The position numbers were made by a program, and so were the translations under genes. Positions 8,655-18,575 of a DNA stretch of 64,000 nucleotides are shown here, in pieces. The notes beneath the pieces are model-generated. The model was not told where the DNA came from and did not search any database. It saw only the letters and a program-made list of their open reading frames with translations. Positions within the stretch are counted from its first letter, which is position 1; each line of letters opens with the position of its first letter. Origin of the DNA: Nibricoccus sp. (lineage in GTDB: Bacteria > Verrucomicrobiota > Verrucomicrobiia > Opitutales > Opitutaceae); the NCBI GenBank assembly GCA_047602425.1, contig JASGHG010000001.1, positions 384,001 through 448,000 of the forward strand, given 5' to 3'.

Positions 8655-11462
8655 ATGCTCTTATCGCCGATACCGCGACCAGAGTACCCGCGTCCCGACC
8701 GCCAGCGCGGTTTGGTCGAAGGCATCGATTGGCTCAATCTAAATGGACCCTGGCAGTTTCGCTTCGATCCGTTGCGCCGGGGCGTCGAAGAGCAATGGTT
8801 CGCTCCGGGCGGCGAGTGGCGCGAACAAATTATCGTGCCGTTTTGCTGGGAATCGCTGGCGGCGTGGGGCGAAGGCACCGCTGCCGGGAACGAGAATTAT
8901 TATTCCACCCGCGCCTTCATCGATCCGATTTCCGTCACGAGTGAAAACTACCGCAGCGCCCCGCGCCATGAAGTGGGCTGGTATCGCCGCGTGATCGATA
9001 TCCCCGAATCCGGAGCGTGGTCAGGCAAACGCGTTTTTCTCACGATCGGCGCGGCGGATTTCTTTACCGAGGTTTGGTGCAATGGCATTTCCGTCGGAAA
9101 ACACGAAGGCGGTTACGTGCCGATCGAGTTCGATCTCACTGAAGCGCTGGCGAAATCTGGCGACCGGCGCGCGCTTCTCGTCGTGCGCGTCGAAGATCCC
9201 ATGGACAATCACGAGCAACCCGTCGGGAAACAATGGGGCTGGTACACCCCGACGAGTGGTATCTGGCAAACGGTTTTCCTCGAACCGCGCGGGCAGGCCA
9301 GCATCGATTATTTTCGTATCATTCCCGACATCGACACCCGCACGGCGACATTCGAAATCTTCTGCGTCGGCTGCGGTGACACCGCCAAAGTGATTGCTGA
9401 GATTTCACCGCCCGAAGCGCCGCGTTTCGATGAGAGTTTCTCCCTCGTAAATGGCGTGGCCCGCCGCGAAATAAAGATCGATCCTTTGTCCCTGTGGGAT
9501 ACTTCGGCACCCCGCCTCTACCATGTGATTTTTCGCTTGCACGACGACGGACGCGAGCAGGACGTCGTCCGAAGCTATTTCGGAATGCGAAAAATACACA
9601 CGGCCCCCGCTGAGCTGGCCGAAAAATCTCCGGCGCGCCTCTGTCTCAACAATCAACCGATTTACCTGCGCGGGGCGTTGTATCAATCTTATCATCCCGA
9701 CGGGGTCTATACAGCGCGAGATGCAGCGACACTTCGCAATGATATTAGTTTTGCGCGCAATGCCGGCTTCGATTTCTTGCGCGTGCATATCAAACTCGAT
9801 GACCCGCTTGTGCTCTACTATGCGGATACGCTGGGGATGATGCTCATGCAGGACTTCCCCAACTTTGGCGAAGGTGGCGATACGCCACTGGGGCGACAAC
9901 GTTTCGAACAAATGATGCGCCTCGGGTTCAAACGCGATTTTAATCACCCTTCGATCATCGCCTGGTGTTTGTTCAATGAAACCTGGGGCTTCGGCGGGCA
10001 GACGGAGCTAATGCGTTTTATCGCGCCCAAGCTCGGTCCAAAGGAAAGACGCGACGTCGCCAACAAGATGGCCAACACGCCTTCGTTCCGCTGGGTGCAC
10101 GAAATGTGGCAAGTGGCAAAATCGATCGATTCCACCCGGCTGATCGAAGACATGAGCGTCGTGGTCTGGGAGCACCTTGCCGCGTACGGCCATATCGATA
10201 CCGACATAAACTCGTGGCATTTCTATATAGACGACTACGCACGCGCAAAATCTCACATTGAAAACGTCGTGGCCAATACCTACCGCGGGTCGACGTTTAA
10301 TTATATAGAAGGCAGTCTGCAAAAAGATGCACCGCTCATCAACAGCGAGTATGGTGGCGTTGGCGCGCTCGATGGAGATCGCGACATCAGCTGGACCTTC
10401 AAATTCCTAACCAATGAATTGAGGCGTCATGGTCAGCTCTCGGCATATATTTTCACGCAATTGACCGATGTCGAATGGGAATACAATGGCCTGCTCAACT
10501 ACGATCGTACTCCAAAGCAGCTTGGTTACGCGCCCACCCTCATCAATCAAGGTGATGTGTTGCCGATCAACGCCGCGCCGATCTCGCAAATTGCCCCAGG
10601 TGACTCTCTCGATGTCGAAGTGTATTCTTCGCATTTCTCGCGGCGGCCCCGGAGCGGAGTGACCTTGCAGTGGCATTATACGGGAATCGACGATCTCGGA
10701 TTAATGCATCCAGATTTGGGCCGGGGGTGGGAGCAAATTCCCTTTACTCAAAATCGTGTGGAGTTGGCCCAGCGCATCACGATAAAAGCGCCTTCGGAGC
10801 CGATGGTCTGCACGCTTTGGGTGACGGCGATTTGCGACCGAGGCGATACGGTGGCGGCGAATTTCATTCAGCATTTTATCTCCGCCGGAGAGCCCTTGCG
10901 GCGCGAGGAGCGGGACAGCCGTGTTATCCTCCGTCGGCGTCCCGACGAATGGGCGGCGGCCGCGTGGAGCGGCGGGTATTGCACCCGCGAGGAGGCCCGT
11001 GCCGCTCGCTGCGCCTACGGACGAGGCACGGGGTTTTTTGAATGGCATTTCTCGGACGAAGCCATTGGGCAACTCGGCGAAGCCCGCCGCGTGCGCATTT
11101 TGTGCGAAATGTCCTCACGTAGAAACAACACGCCACAAACCGACCCGCACGTGTATGCGTCGGCCATCGATTTGCTCGTCAATGGCCTTCCCGTCCATCG
11201 CGGAATGCTGCCGGATCATCCTCACGATTCGCGCGGCTCGCTCAGCTATTTGCGCGGAGGCCGCGGGGCATACGGCTACATGATCTCTGTCACACTGGAG
11301 GACGAACTGCTTCGCCGCGTCATAAACGCTTCGACAGAGCCAAATCTCCTACGAATGCAATGTGCCGTGCCTCGAAGATCGGAGGCACGCGGCGGACTCA
11401 CGGTCTATGACTACGACTGCGGCCGCTTTCCCATTTGTCCGACGGTCGTGATCGAAACCTGA
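8655..11462 (+). CDS. Glycoside hydrolase family 2, no evident signal peptide
   Basis: PRPEYPRP start, SGIWQTVFLE, RDFNHPSIIAWCLFNETWG acid/base, NSEYGG nucleophile. Confidence 0.88.
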   Translation: MLLSPIPRPEYPRPDRQRGLVEGIDWLNLNGPWQFRFDPLRRGVEEQWFAPGGEWREQIIVPFCWESLAAWGEGTAAGNENYYSTRAFIDPISVTSENYRSAPRHEVGWYRRVIDIPESGAWSGKRVFLTIGAADFFTEVWCNGISVGKHEGGYVPIEFDLTEALAKSGDRRALLVVRVEDPMDNHEQPVGKQWGWYTPTSGIWQTVFLEPRGQASIDYFRIIPDIDTRTATFEIFCVGCGDTAKVIAEISPPEAPRFDESFSLVNGVARREIKIDPLSLWDTSAPRLYHVIFRLHDDGREQDVVRSYFGMRKIHTAPAELAEKSPARLCLNNQPIYLRGALYQSYHPDGVYTARDAATLRNDISFARNAGFDFLRVHIKLDDPLVLYYADTLGMMLMQDFPNFGEGGDTPLGRQRFEQMMRLGFKRDFNHPSIIAWCLFNETWGFGGQTELMRFIAPKLGPKERRDVANKMANTPSFRWVHEMWQVAKSIDSTRLIEDMSVVVWEHLAAYGHIDTDINSWHFYIDDYARAKSHIENVVANTYRGSTFNYIEGSLQKDAPLINSEYGGVGALDGDRDISWTFKFLTNELRRHGQLSAYIFTQLTDVEWEYNGLLNYDRTPKQLGYAPTLINQGDVLPINAAPISQIAPGDSLDVEVYSSHFSRRPRSGVTLQWHYTGIDDLGLMHPDLGRGWEQIPFTQNRVELAQRITIKAPSEPMVCTLWVTAICDRGDTVAANFIQHFISAGEPLRREERDSRVILRRRPDEWAAAAWSGGYCTREEARAARCAYGRGTGFFEWHFSDEAIGQLGEARRVRILCEMSSRRNNTPQTDPHVYASAIDLLVNGLPVHRGMLPDHPHDSRGSLSYLRGGRGAYGYMISVTLEDELLRRVINASTEPNLLRMQCAVPRRSEARGGLTVYDYDCGRFPICPTVVIET

Positions 11463-11487
11463 GTCAGAAAAACCACAACCATGCCTA

Positions 11488-13410
11488 ATGAATTTCTTCC
11501 GCTCCCATGTTTTACCGCCCTTGGAAATCTGGGGTGGAGTCGAATGTTCCTTCGTCCGTCTGCAGAACCATTGCAACGACCAACTGGCCCACACGGGCCA
11601 CGCCGACCGCCTCGACGACCTTGACCGTTTCGCCGCGCTTGGCCTGCGCACGCTACGCTATCCGATCCTGTGGGAACGCCACGCGGGAAATCCCATCGAT
11701 TGGCGCTGGGCGGACGAACGTTTGAATCGGCTGCGCGAACTCGGAATCCGGCCGATTGTTGGCCTGCTGCATCACGGCTGCGGCCCGCTCGCCGATGGTT
11801 TTCTCGATCCCGATTTCATCGGCGGCTTCACGCAATTTGCGCGCGCCGTAGCCGAACGATTTCCATGGGTCGATGCCTATACGCCCATTAACGAACCACT
11901 CACCACCGCCCGATTTAGCGGAATGTACGGGCTTTGGCATCCGCTGCGGTGCGATCTGCCGTCATTCGCGCGGATCTTGCTCAACCAATGCAAAGCGATA
12001 CGGGCCGCGATGGCAGCGATCCGCGAAATCAATCCGACAGCACAGCTCATCCAAACCGAAGATGTTGGAAAAACACACAGCACGCCGCTGTTGGCGTACC
12101 AAGCCGATTTAGAGAATGAGCGTCGCTGGCTCAGCTTCGATTTTCTCTGCGGTCGCCTTCGCGCAGGTTCCCCGATGTTCGAGCATTTGCTCAACGCCGG
12201 GCTGGAATATGAAGAACTGGAGTCTTTCGCCGAAAATCCGTGCCGGCCCGATCTGATAGGGATGAATCACTACGTCACTAGCGAACGTCTCCTCGACGAA
12301 AACCAAGGTCGATACCCACGCGCTTTTCACGGCGGCAACGAGCAACATGCCTATGCGGACGTTCCGGCGGTCCGTGCCCGCGCCGAGGGAGCGGTGGGTC
12401 CGGCGCAGTTGCTTCGCGAAGTCTGGAAACGCTACCAAATCCCCATCGCCATCACGGAAGCCCAACTTGCCTGCACGCGCGAAGAACAACTGCGCTGGCT
12501 CCAAGAGATGTGGGCGGCGGCGGAAGCCGCTCGGGCGGCCGGCATGGAAGTTCGCGCCGTCACCGCGTGGGCACTGCTCGGAGCCTACGATTGGGACTCC
12601 CTCCTCCTCGAAACCAACGGGCATTATGAGAACGGCGCTTTTGACGTGCATGATGGTTCGCCTCGGATCACCGCGGTCGGTCAAGCCATTCGCAGTCTCG
12701 CTGCAAATGGCCGCTTCGAACATCCCGCGGCAACTGGACCTGGCTGGTGGAGACGGCCTGTGCGGTTAATTTTTCCGCGCATTTCCTGTCCACGCACGGG
12801 TCACGGCACGGCCGCGTCCGAGTCCCAGTTCCCCGCGGCACAATGCCCGCTCCTTATCGTTGGCGCAACCGAACGCTTGCAGGAGCTTCTTCGGCGCGCC
12901 TGCCGAATCCGCGGCTTGTCCGCCGTCTTCCTCGCCGATGATGCGATCGATTTCGCCGATCCCACGAGTCGCGACCGCCAATTCCGCCGCTACCACCCGT
13001 GGGCGGTTCTAGTAGTGATACCGAACCACTCCAACGATACCGCGCCGTCTTCTCCCCTAGCCGATGCGGCGTTGGTCGAGCATCTTCGCGTCGTGTCAGA
13101 AAGTGCGCGCATTGGGGTCGGTATTTTTTCGGAGGAACCCGTTCTGGTGGACGACGAGGGATGGAGTTTTCTGACCACGCGAGGAAGCTGGGACGTGCTG
13201 GGGCCGGATCAATCCGGAAGCCTTGAATCGGCCATCAATATTCGCGCCGGCGCCCGCCCCGTCCGTCGCGAAAACCGCCCGCCCGATGCCACGGCGGAAA
13301 TATATTTCCCAACGCGAATCGATGCCGCGCTCAACATTCTGATCGATGACTACGGCAGCGGCGGCTTGGTCTTTGTGCCAATGGGAGAAATGCAACTGCT
13401 ATCGTCTTAG
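11488..13410 (+). CDS. GH1-like glycosidase with degenerate C-terminal RmlD-like segment
   Basis: IWGGVEC, TPINEP and ITE catalytic motifs; C-terminal PLLIVGAT..PWAV remnant Rossmann start. Confidence 0.78.
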   Translation: MNFFRSHVLPPLEIWGGVECSFVRLQNHCNDQLAHTGHADRLDDLDRFAALGLRTLRYPILWERHAGNPIDWRWADERLNRLRELGIRPIVGLLHHGCGPLADGFLDPDFIGGFTQFARAVAERFPWVDAYTPINEPLTTARFSGMYGLWHPLRCDLPSFARILLNQCKAIRAAMAAIREINPTAQLIQTEDVGKTHSTPLLAYQADLENERRWLSFDFLCGRLRAGSPMFEHLLNAGLEYEELESFAENPCRPDLIGMNHYVTSERLLDENQGRYPRAFHGGNEQHAYADVPAVRARAEGAVGPAQLLREVWKRYQIPIAITEAQLACTREEQLRWLQEMWAAAEAARAAGMEVRAVTAWALLGAYDWDSLLLETNGHYENGAFDVHDGSPRITAVGQAIRSLAANGRFEHPAATGPGWWRRPVRLIFPRISCPRTGHGTAASESQFPAAQCPLLIVGATERLQELLRRACRIRGLSAVFLADDAIDFADPTSRDRQFRRYHPWAVLVVIPNHSNDTAPSSPLADAALVEHLRVVSESARIGVGIFSEEPVLVDDEGWSFLTTRGSWDVLGPDQSGSLESAINIRAGARPVRRENRPPDATAEIYFPTRIDAALNILIDDYGSGGLVFVPMGEMQLLSS

Positions 13411-13525
13411 CGCATTTTAAATCGGGCGCAGTCGTAACGTTCGAAGTCAACATCCGCTCAAGGGCGAACATCGAGAAGGCGCGGCTTGCGTAGGGCCTGA
13501 GCTTGCTTGGTTCGCAATTCAACCC

Positions 13526-13559
13526 TTGCCAAACAATAAACCGTTACGTAACGTTTTAT
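13526..13559 (+). promoter_or_regulatory. Sigma70-type promoter (TTGCCA-17 bp-TAACGT) overlapped by a 24-bp palindromic operator; predicted leaderless start at 13561
   Basis: -35 13526-13531, -10 13549-13554; ATAAA-C-CGTTACGTAACG-T-TTTAT dyad 13536-13559. Confidence 0.7.
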
Positions 13560-13560
13560 C

Positions 13561-14109
13561 ATGCCATACGAAGCTTTAAACCAAGGGCGAATCACCCAGG
13601 CGCTGCGCCGCTTGGGCGAGCTTGCCCGCGATCAAGGCGTGACGCTGGAAGTTTCACTGTACGGCGGTGCCACCTTTACGCTGGTGTACGGTTCACGCGA
13701 CGCGACCAAGGATGTTGATGCACTGGTCCAACCCGCAGCCGTCGCGCAGAAGCTGGCAAAAAAAGTCGCGACGGAACTCGATCTGCCGGAGGACTGGCTG
13801 AACGATAACGTGAAGCAATTTCTCGCCGAGAAAGAGGCCAAGCGCGAATTAGCCGGCGACGAATTCGGTGAAGGACTGCGGATCAGTGTTCCCACCGCGC
13901 AATATCTGCTCGCGATGAAACTCCGCGCCTGCCGCCCTCCTCTGCCGGGCTACGCCGGTGACTACGCCGACATCCGTTTTCTGGTCACAAAGATGAACCT
14001 CAAATCAGTGGACGCCGCCGAAGCCATTCACGACAAATTCTTCCCGCACGACGCGCTCTCGAAAGCGGCCAAAGAGGTCGTCGCATCCGCGCTGAAACCG
14101 TCAAAATGA
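13561..14109 (+). CDS. Pol-beta-superfamily nucleotidyltransferase (DUF6036/AbiEii-like)
   Basis: YGGA..GSRDATKDVD motif, WLND, LLAMKL, D..DI. Confidence 0.8.
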   Translation: MPYEALNQGRITQALRRLGELARDQGVTLEVSLYGGATFTLVYGSRDATKDVDALVQPAAVAQKLAKKVATELDLPEDWLNDNVKQFLAEKEAKRELAGDEFGEGLRISVPTAQYLLAMKLRACRPPLPGYAGDYADIRFLVTKMNLKSVDAAEAIHDKFFPHDALSKAAKEVVASALKPSK

Positions 14110-14631
14110 ACCAACGCCCATCCACGCTCAAAGCCGTCGCCGAACAATCGGAGTCACTTGCTGACTTCGGACGGCACCTGCGTGACTGGCTCCACGAGTT
14201 GCGACTTGTCTCGTCACGTCGCGGTGCCGCCATTGCAGTCGCTGAGGAACCGCCACGCTTGAGCCGCAAGTTCGCCCAAGGAAAAGTCGCCGACGCCTGG
14301 CTCACCGCCTATGCAGAACACCTGGCGGTAAAAGCGGGTATCCAGCCACCCAACTGGGTCTTCGCTTCCTCACGCGTCCTCGCCGAACCAACCTTTAACG
14401 AGCAAAACGAAAGCCCCGCATTGCGAGCGCTCGCGCTTGCTCATGCCCCGCTGGCCTTCAAGCGCCGCAACATATACACGTCGTCAGTGGATCTGCCGCT
14501 TTCGCTGCATGCAGCGTCGCCCCCGCAAATCAGCGGCCGAAAAACGCCAAACCAATGCCGAACGCCAGCGCCGATTCAGGGAAAAGCGCGCTGCAGAGTT
14601 CAAAGCGCTGCGCAAGCTGTTGCGGAAATAA
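14106..14631 (+). CDS. Partner (antitoxin-like) protein; likely true C-terminus lies in the +1 frame ending 14631 (in-frame ORF ends 14648)
   Basis: ATGA overlap with NTase; AYAEHLA..PPNWV..AFKRRNIY domain; basic helical tail in +1 frame after ~14514. Confidence 0.65.
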
Positions 14632-14842
14632 TCATAGCAGCGTGGTAGAGGCTGCCAGGCGAGTTTCGGCCACCGGTGCCCGGAGCAACAGATGCCACAA
14701 GTGGAATGGGAATCCGCAATGCTCGCTAATGCGCGATTTACTTTTGCTTTAGTGGTCAGCGTCAGGTGGGGGTCAACTACTGACGCAGCCAGTCTTTCAG
14801 AGCCTTTTTCGCAAGCCGCTGATTCTATCATATTTAGATACG

Positions 14843-14875
14843 AAAAAACCGCCGGATCTTAGTCCGGCGGTTTTT
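14843..14875. terminator. Intrinsic terminator downstream of tRNA-Gly (potentially bidirectional)
   Basis: AAAAAACCGCCGGA-tcttag-TCCGGCGGTTTTT. Confidence 0.85.
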
Positions 14876-14881
14876 CCAAAA

Positions 14882-14957
<76 letters not shown>

Positions 14958-15009
14958 AAAAGCGTGTGAGGGGGATGAGAAGTAAGGTTCGCTGCGCGCT
15001 CGTCAACAG

Positions 15010-17211
15010 CTATTTTTTAGGAATTGGCGGACGGCTCGCCCCACCCTTTTCCGCATAAGCAATCTTCTCTTCGCGCGGCTCCTTGTTTCCCGAGGAGGAA
15101 CGGGGTTTTTCCGAGCGATTCGGCCGGTTGCTGTAGTACGAATAATTTTGCGTGTAGTAACCGTAATCTTCGCCGGAATTTTGCGGCACGCGGTTAAGGA
15201 CGACACCGACGAGATGCTTGTTGTTGAGACTTTCGATGATCTGCTGCGCGCGCAGGACCATGCTTTGCGGATTGCGGCGGTGTTGGATAAGGAGCGCGGT
15301 GTCGTCGACCACGCTGGCCAGAACGGAGGCATCGCTCACACCGATCACGGGCGGAGCATCGAAAACGATGCGGTCGTAACTGCCGCGCAGTTCCTTCAGG
15401 AGGGCTTTCAGGCGGTCAACGTAGAGAAGACTCAAGGTGAAGCCGCTCGTCGCGCCGGAAGGGATGAAATCGAGGTTCTTGGCCACGCCGACTTGGATAA
15501 CCGTTTTCAGGTCGGCTTTCCCCAAGAGGAGTTCAGTCAGGCCGGGTTCTTTTTTCCAGCCGGAGAGTTGGTGCTGCGTGGGGCGACGAAGGTCGGAATC
15601 GATGAATAGCACGCGTTCGCCGGCCTCGGCCATGGCGCGTACCAGCCGGAGCAGCGTGGTGGATTTGCCCTCGCCGGGCCCGGCCGAAAGCATGACGAGA
15701 CTGCGGCCACGCTCGTTGGTTTTCAACGCGAGGTTGAGGTTTGTGTGGAGTACGCGGAAAGGTTCGGTATCGGCCGGATCTTCCTCGCCGGGTTTGTCTT
15801 TGAACGGATCTTCGCTGAAAGGAATCACCCCGAGCACGGGACGCTGGATGCGGCTTTCAACTTCGGAGACGTTGCGGAAGCTGGTGTCGAAATACTCGAC
15901 TAGCACGGCGGTGCCAACGCCCAGGACCGTGCCGAAGAGGAGCGCGAAGATAAAATTGAGCGTCCAACTGGGTTTTTTGGGATAACGGGCAGGTTCGGCT
16001 TGGTTGAGGATTTCGGTGGTGCGCTTCGGCACTTGGAAATCGATTTCGCGCTGGCGTAGGGTGACTTTGAGCGAAGACAGAATGCGGGTTTCGTCATCGA
16101 GTTTTTGAGCGGCTTCCTCGAAGGGACGCATCCGGTCACGCGCAGAAAGAATCTGGTCAACCTTGGCTTGGGAGAGTTGGTTCTTGAGTTCGGCCACGCG
16201 GGCCTCGGCTTCCTTGTACGCGATTTCGAGACCATTCTCGTAACCGCGAAGCTGGGCGTCGAGTTGCTCGCGGATTTTCGCACGATTATCGACTGCGGCG
16301 ACTAGATCGGGATGCGCTTCGCCGAGGCGGGAACGAAGCTTGGTGACGTTCTGGTCGGCGAGGAGATAGGCCTGGAGGAGGTTTTGGATGTTGGGATCCT
16401 GAATGAGCTCGGAGTTGACGAGGTTGACGCGTTCTTCGGGGGGAATGCTCTTGAAGCGTTCGTAGCGGGTTTTGCGGCCGATGGTGTCGACGCTGAGGGC
16501 GATCAGCGAATTTTGCATCTGGCGAAGGGTTTCGATTTCGATGTCGCTGTAGCGCGCATTGAGATCGACGCCGGAAATGTTGAGGTCCTTGCGGAGTTTT
16601 TCGACGAGATCGCGCTGGGCGGAGACGTTGCGCTCCTGTGACTCAAGTTCCTTGCGAAGCTGGGAGAGGCCCTCGCGCTGCGAGGAAGTGGCGAAATTAA
16701 TGCGGTCGTCGGAGTACACGCGGCCGATTTCATTCGCGATCTCGGCGGCAAGGCGGGGATCCTGGGCGAGCACGGCGATCTCGATCACGGAGGAACCGCG
16801 GGACGACAGGTCGACCCGGAGCATTTTCCGGCGGAGGTAATCGATGGTGATGTCGGTTGGCAACGAACCACTGGCGCCGTACGGTGCGGCGAGTTTTTCG
16901 TTGAGGCCCAGTTTTTGAATGACGGGGTAAAGAATTTTGGCCTCCTGCATGATCTTCATTTGATCCTGCAAGAAGTTTGGATCGTAGTAGCCACTCTGCT
17001 GCGTTTGAAAGAGCTTCACCTCGCCCTCGGGTTTTTCCACGCGGACATTGGTCTTCGATTCATACCAGCGGGGCATGAAGGCGGTGACGGCCAAGGTCGT
17101 CGTCAATACGAGGCCTACAATCAGAAAGATCAGGGCCTTGCGCAGACGCAGCAGTGAAAAGAATTCGGCGAGTGAGGCGCCATCTTTTCCGAGGTGATGG
17201 GTATGAACCAT
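15010..17211 (-). CDS. Wzc/GumC-type polysaccharide co-polymerase with tyrosine kinase domain
   Basis: Two TMs around coiled coil, Walker A GPGEGKST, IDSDLRRP, FDAPP, C-terminal Tyr cluster YGYYTQNYSYY. Confidence 0.92.
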   Translation of the reverse strand: MVHTHHLGKDGASLAEFFSLLRLRKALIFLIVGLVLTTTLAVTAFMPRWYESKTNVRVEKPEGEVKLFQTQQSGYYDPNFLQDQMKIMQEAKILYPVIQKLGLNEKLAAPYGASGSLPTDITIDYLRRKMLRVDLSSRGSSVIEIAVLAQDPRLAAEIANEIGRVYSDDRINFATSSQREGLSQLRKELESQERNVSAQRDLVEKLRKDLNISGVDLNARYSDIEIETLRQMQNSLIALSVDTIGRKTRYERFKSIPPEERVNLVNSELIQDPNIQNLLQAYLLADQNVTKLRSRLGEAHPDLVAAVDNRAKIREQLDAQLRGYENGLEIAYKEAEARVAELKNQLSQAKVDQILSARDRMRPFEEAAQKLDDETRILSSLKVTLRQREIDFQVPKRTTEILNQAEPARYPKKPSWTLNFIFALLFGTVLGVGTAVLVEYFDTSFRNVSEVESRIQRPVLGVIPFSEDPFKDKPGEEDPADTEPFRVLHTNLNLALKTNERGRSLVMLSAGPGEGKSTTLLRLVRAMAEAGERVLFIDSDLRRPTQHQLSGWKKEPGLTELLLGKADLKTVIQVGVAKNLDFIPSGATSGFTLSLLYVDRLKALLKELRGSYDRIVFDAPPVIGVSDASVLASVVDDTALLIQHRRNPQSMVLRAQQIIESLNNKHLVGVVLNRVPQNSGEDYGYYTQNYSYYSNRPNRSEKPRSSSGNKEPREEKIAYAEKGGASRPPIPKK

Positions 17212-17366
17212 GAAGCGTATCTAAGAAATCGTTCTGTGACCGGGCTCAGCAAGCACTTTGTTACAGGTATTTGTGCGAACACCTTGCGTGAAGAAGTTGT
17301 TTTTAGCAACGGGCAAGCCCTCAAAGCGACGCCGGGGCCGCAAATGGGTTACGCGACGCGGCCCGG

Positions 17367-18551
17367 CTAGAAAACGTATTTCGTGCTCAGGCCAGCGCGG
17401 GTGCGTTTGAGCGCGCGGTCCCGATCGTCAGACGAGATGCGATCGTAATCGACCGTGAGCGAGACCGACCAGCGTCGCGTCGGCCGGTAAACAAAAGCAC
17501 CGCCGAGTTGGGTGTTGGTTTCGCTTTGATCGGGACGCACGCCCTGCCGACCGTGCAGACGTGACGGCTCCCAGGTGAGCGAGCCCGTCAGGGCGAATTT
17601 CGGCGTGAGCATCTGCTGCAGATTGAGAAAACAGCGGTTCACACTCATGTCCGTGTACAGTTCGGTGTTTGAAGTTTCCTCGACCGAGTAACCGTATCCA
17701 ACCGAAACATACGAGCCTTGGCCGTAGTCCAGTTTCAAACCGAGTTCAGCATAAGGCAGGGTATCGCTGCGCTCGCTGGCGCGGCGACGTTGTTCGACAC
17801 CAAGCCGCCCACTGACGGAAAAACGGGCATTGAGCGCACGATCGAGACCCAGCAGGAAAAAATCCGAGCGTTTGTTTTTCGTGCGGCCTTCGGTGTCATA
17901 ACGAATATCGAGATGGCGGTACTCCAGCATTGTCTGTAACAAAGGCAGCACTGTCTGGCTCGCCGTGACACCGACAAGCAATTCGGAGCGGTCGAGACTG
18001 TCCGCCAACACGTCGTCGGCAAAAGCGTAGCGCGTGTGGCGTCCTTTAAAAGTGAGCCCCGTGCGTTTGGTCAGGCTCATGGCAAAGCGCGAATCGAACT
18101 GGTTGCGACTAAACGACTGATCGGTGTTCACCACCGTGGCCAAGCCGGGCAGAAGCGATTCGGGATTTTTCGCGATCTGATACGTATCGCTAAAATCCAA
18201 TTCCATTTGCGGAGTGAAGGTATGCGCCAGGCGCGCCATGAATTCATGACTATCGAGCGACTTTTTCCCCGGTCGGTCGGGCATGTAGTCGTACGAAAGC
18301 CGGTAAGCCGCCGAGGCCAGCGTGCGGCCATCAATCGAGGCATTGAACGCAATATTCGGATTCAACTGATAGACGTAGCTGCTGACTTCATTCACCGAAC
18401 CACCAAATATGTTCGAATCGTAGAAAACCCCGGTGGACAAATAAACCGTGAGCGCCTTCCCCTGCTCCACCTCGGGAATCGGCGCGTAAACCGCGCCCAG
18501 GCGCAAGACGGGCAGAAGGCAGAAAGCAAAAATGATTCGCAGGGCACGCAT
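17367..18551 (-). CDS. Outer-membrane beta-barrel protein (EPS export associated)
   Basis: Signal peptide, YDSNI motif, alternating beta pattern, terminal YVF; upstream of wzc-like gene. Confidence 0.75.
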   Translation of the reverse strand: MRALRIIFAFCLLPVLRLGAVYAPIPEVEQGKALTVYLSTGVFYDSNIFGGSVNEVSSYVYQLNPNIAFNASIDGRTLASAAYRLSYDYMPDRPGKKSLDSHEFMARLAHTFTPQMELDFSDTYQIAKNPESLLPGLATVVNTDQSFSRNQFDSRFAMSLTKRTGLTFKGRHTRYAFADDVLADSLDRSELLVGVTASQTVLPLLQTMLEYRHLDIRYDTEGRTKNKRSDFFLLGLDRALNARFSVSGRLGVEQRRRASERSDTLPYAELGLKLDYGQGSYVSVGYGYSVEETSNTELYTDMSVNRCFLNLQQMLTPKFALTGSLTWEPSRLHGRQGVRPDQSETNTQLGGAFVYRPTRRWSVSLTVDYDRISSDDRDRALKRTRAGLSTKYVF

Positions 18552-18575
18552 GGAATTAAGAATCGTTGGCGATAG

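Noticed and set aside
1..14880. Prophage or intact integrative element
   Set aside because: No integrase, transposase or phage structural genes; the holin-like gene is a YqjE-type stress protein.
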